Positions 63,065-64,000 of a DNA stretch of 64,000 bases are shown in pieces. A program made the translations under genes and the position numbers. The notes below the pieces were generated by a model. That model saw only the letters and a list, made by a program, of their open reading frames with translations. It did no database searches and was not told where the DNA came from. Each line of letters begins with the position of its first letter. The first letter of the stretch is position 1. The stretch comes from an uncultured delta proteobacterium (GTDB lineage: Bacteria > Desulfobacterota > Deferrimicrobia > Deferrimicrobiales > Deferrimicrobiaceae). The stretch covers positions 10,236-74,235 of the forward strand of contig CAVYRM010000001.1 of NCBI GenBank assembly GCA_963770975.1, read 5' to 3'.

Positions 63065-63427
63065 TTATCCCCCTGCCGCCTTCACAGGATAGCCGCGGCG
63101 GGATAGTTCGGCCGCGATCGCCTCCCGGTGGTCCCCCTGGATCACGATCACCCCGTCCTTGGCGGTTCCCCCGGTGCCGCAACGTCGTTTCAGGTCCGCC
63201 GCAAGGTCGGCAAGCGCCTCCCCGGCGAGCGGGACCCCCGAAACGGTCGTCACGGTCTTCCCTCCGCGCCCCTTGGTCTCCCGTCGGATCCGGACGATCC
63301 CGTCTCCGGCGGGAACGGGCGGATCCTTCCGGCAGGAGCATTTCGCCATGGGAAGGCGGCATTGCGGGCACACCAGCCCCCGCTGCGTGGAGTAGACCAA
63401 CACCGGATCGTCTCTTCGCCCCGACAC
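63065..63427 (-). CDS. yciH: translation initiation factor SUI1/YciH family protein
   Basis: GTG start. Cys cluster CPQC...CSC, and IRRETKGRGGKTVTTV...GGTAKDGVIVIQGDHR, typical of YciH. Confidence 0.85.
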   Translation of the reverse strand: MSGRRDDPVLVYSTQRGLVCPQCRLPMAKCSCRKDPPVPAGDGIVRIRRETKGRGGKTVTTVSGVPLAGEALADLAADLKRRCGTGGTAKDGVIVIQGDHREAIAAELSRRGYPVKAAGG

Positions 63428-63600
63428 CGGATTCCCTCCCCGGTCCGCATTCGCGTTCCATGAAAGAATATAACCTGAAAGGATATAACAGGAGGGAGGA
63501 GGCCTCCACCGGGATGGCCGGCGGGGAGTTTTACGAAACCCCGTGATCGTTCGGGGAATCCACGAAACAGGGGATGAAATTCACCCGGAGGTAGCCTGAG

Positions 63601-64000
63601 ATGAATCTCGACGAACTCGAATCGGTCGCCCGGGCCCTTGTAGCCCCGGGCAAGGGTATCCTGGCGGCGGACGAAAGCTCTCCGACCATCGAGAAACGAT
63701 TCCGGTCGATCGACCTGCCCTCCACGGAGGAGAACCGCAGGGCGTACCGGGAACTTCTCTTCACGACCCCGGGGGTTTCGGAGTACATCAGCGGGGTGAT
63801 CCTGTACGACGAGACGATCCGGCAAGGATCCGCGGACGGCATCGCGTTCCCGTCGGTGCTGGAACGCCAGGGAATCTTACCGGGGATCAAGGTCGACGAG
63901 GGGGCGAAAGCGCTCGCGGGCTTTCCGGGAGAGAAGGTCACGGAAGGTCTGGACGGGCTGCGGGGTCGCCTCGAGGAGTACCGGCAACTCGGGGCCCGCT
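63601..64000 (+). CDS. fba: class I fructose-bisphosphate aldolase, N-terminal 133 aa (3' end outside window)
   Basis: Translated by hand: MNLDELESVARALVAPGKGILAADESSPTIEKRFRSIDLPSTEENRRAYRELLFTTPG...GIKVDEG, matching the eukaryotic-type class I aldolase N-terminus. Not in the ORF track because it is open-ended. Confidence 0.85.
   Translation, partial: MNLDELESVARALVAPGKGILAADESSPTIEKRFRSIDLPSTEENRRAYRELLFTTPGVSEYISGVILYDETIRQGSADGIAFPSVLERQGILPGIKVDEGAKALAGFPGEKVTEGLDGLRGRLEEYRQLGAR

Noticed and set aside
63468-63556. Direct repeat ATATAAC-N8-ATATAAC, plus two mutually exclusive small hairpins (63524-63542 and 63539-63556) in the fba leader
   Set aside because: The stems are only 5-7 bp, there is no U-tract, and they resemble no known riboswitch or attenuator. 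They could easily arise by chance in GC-rich sequence.

Overview
High-GC (mostly above 60 %) chromosomal segment from a diderm bacterium; LpxC, YdbH/YdbL, OmpA-like and lipoprotein genes support the diderm call. The lifestyle looks anaerobic or respiratory-versatile: a 12-heme cytochrome c, indolepyruvate:ferredoxin oxidoreductase, sigma-54 regulators and an HD-GYP sensor are present. I cannot assign taxonomy from the sequence alone. I call about 60 protein genes. Many belong to central carbon metabolism: ppsA/ppsR, a PDH-type E1alpha/E1beta/E2 set, putA, acnB, pckA, mdh and a class I aldolase. There is also a TRAP transporter + iorAB + paaK aryl-acid cluster, amt, lexA, envelope-lipid genes and signalling genes. 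I saw no rRNA, tRNA, CRISPR array, transposase, integrase or prophage module. Main second-look items: (1) a DsbA/FrnE-like gene whose first redox Cys codon is TGA, followed by a SECIS-like hairpin, so a probable selenoprotein. (2) A tightly coupled lexA operon carrying a RecA-fold protein without a P-loop, a 91-aa protein and a lipoprotein 5'-nucleotidase. (3) A receiver-domain::LpxC fusion downstream of amt. (4) A sigma-54 promoter driving a receiver / coiled-coil / Host_attach operon. (5) A small protein with a caspase/CHAT-like His...Cys signature translationally coupled to ppsA. (6) A fused YnbE-like::YdbL gene next to ydbH. Six conserved genes carry frame breaks, mostly traced to short homopolymers, which suggests sequence errors; putA alone has about eight. 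All family assignments come from reading motifs by eye; no searches were run.
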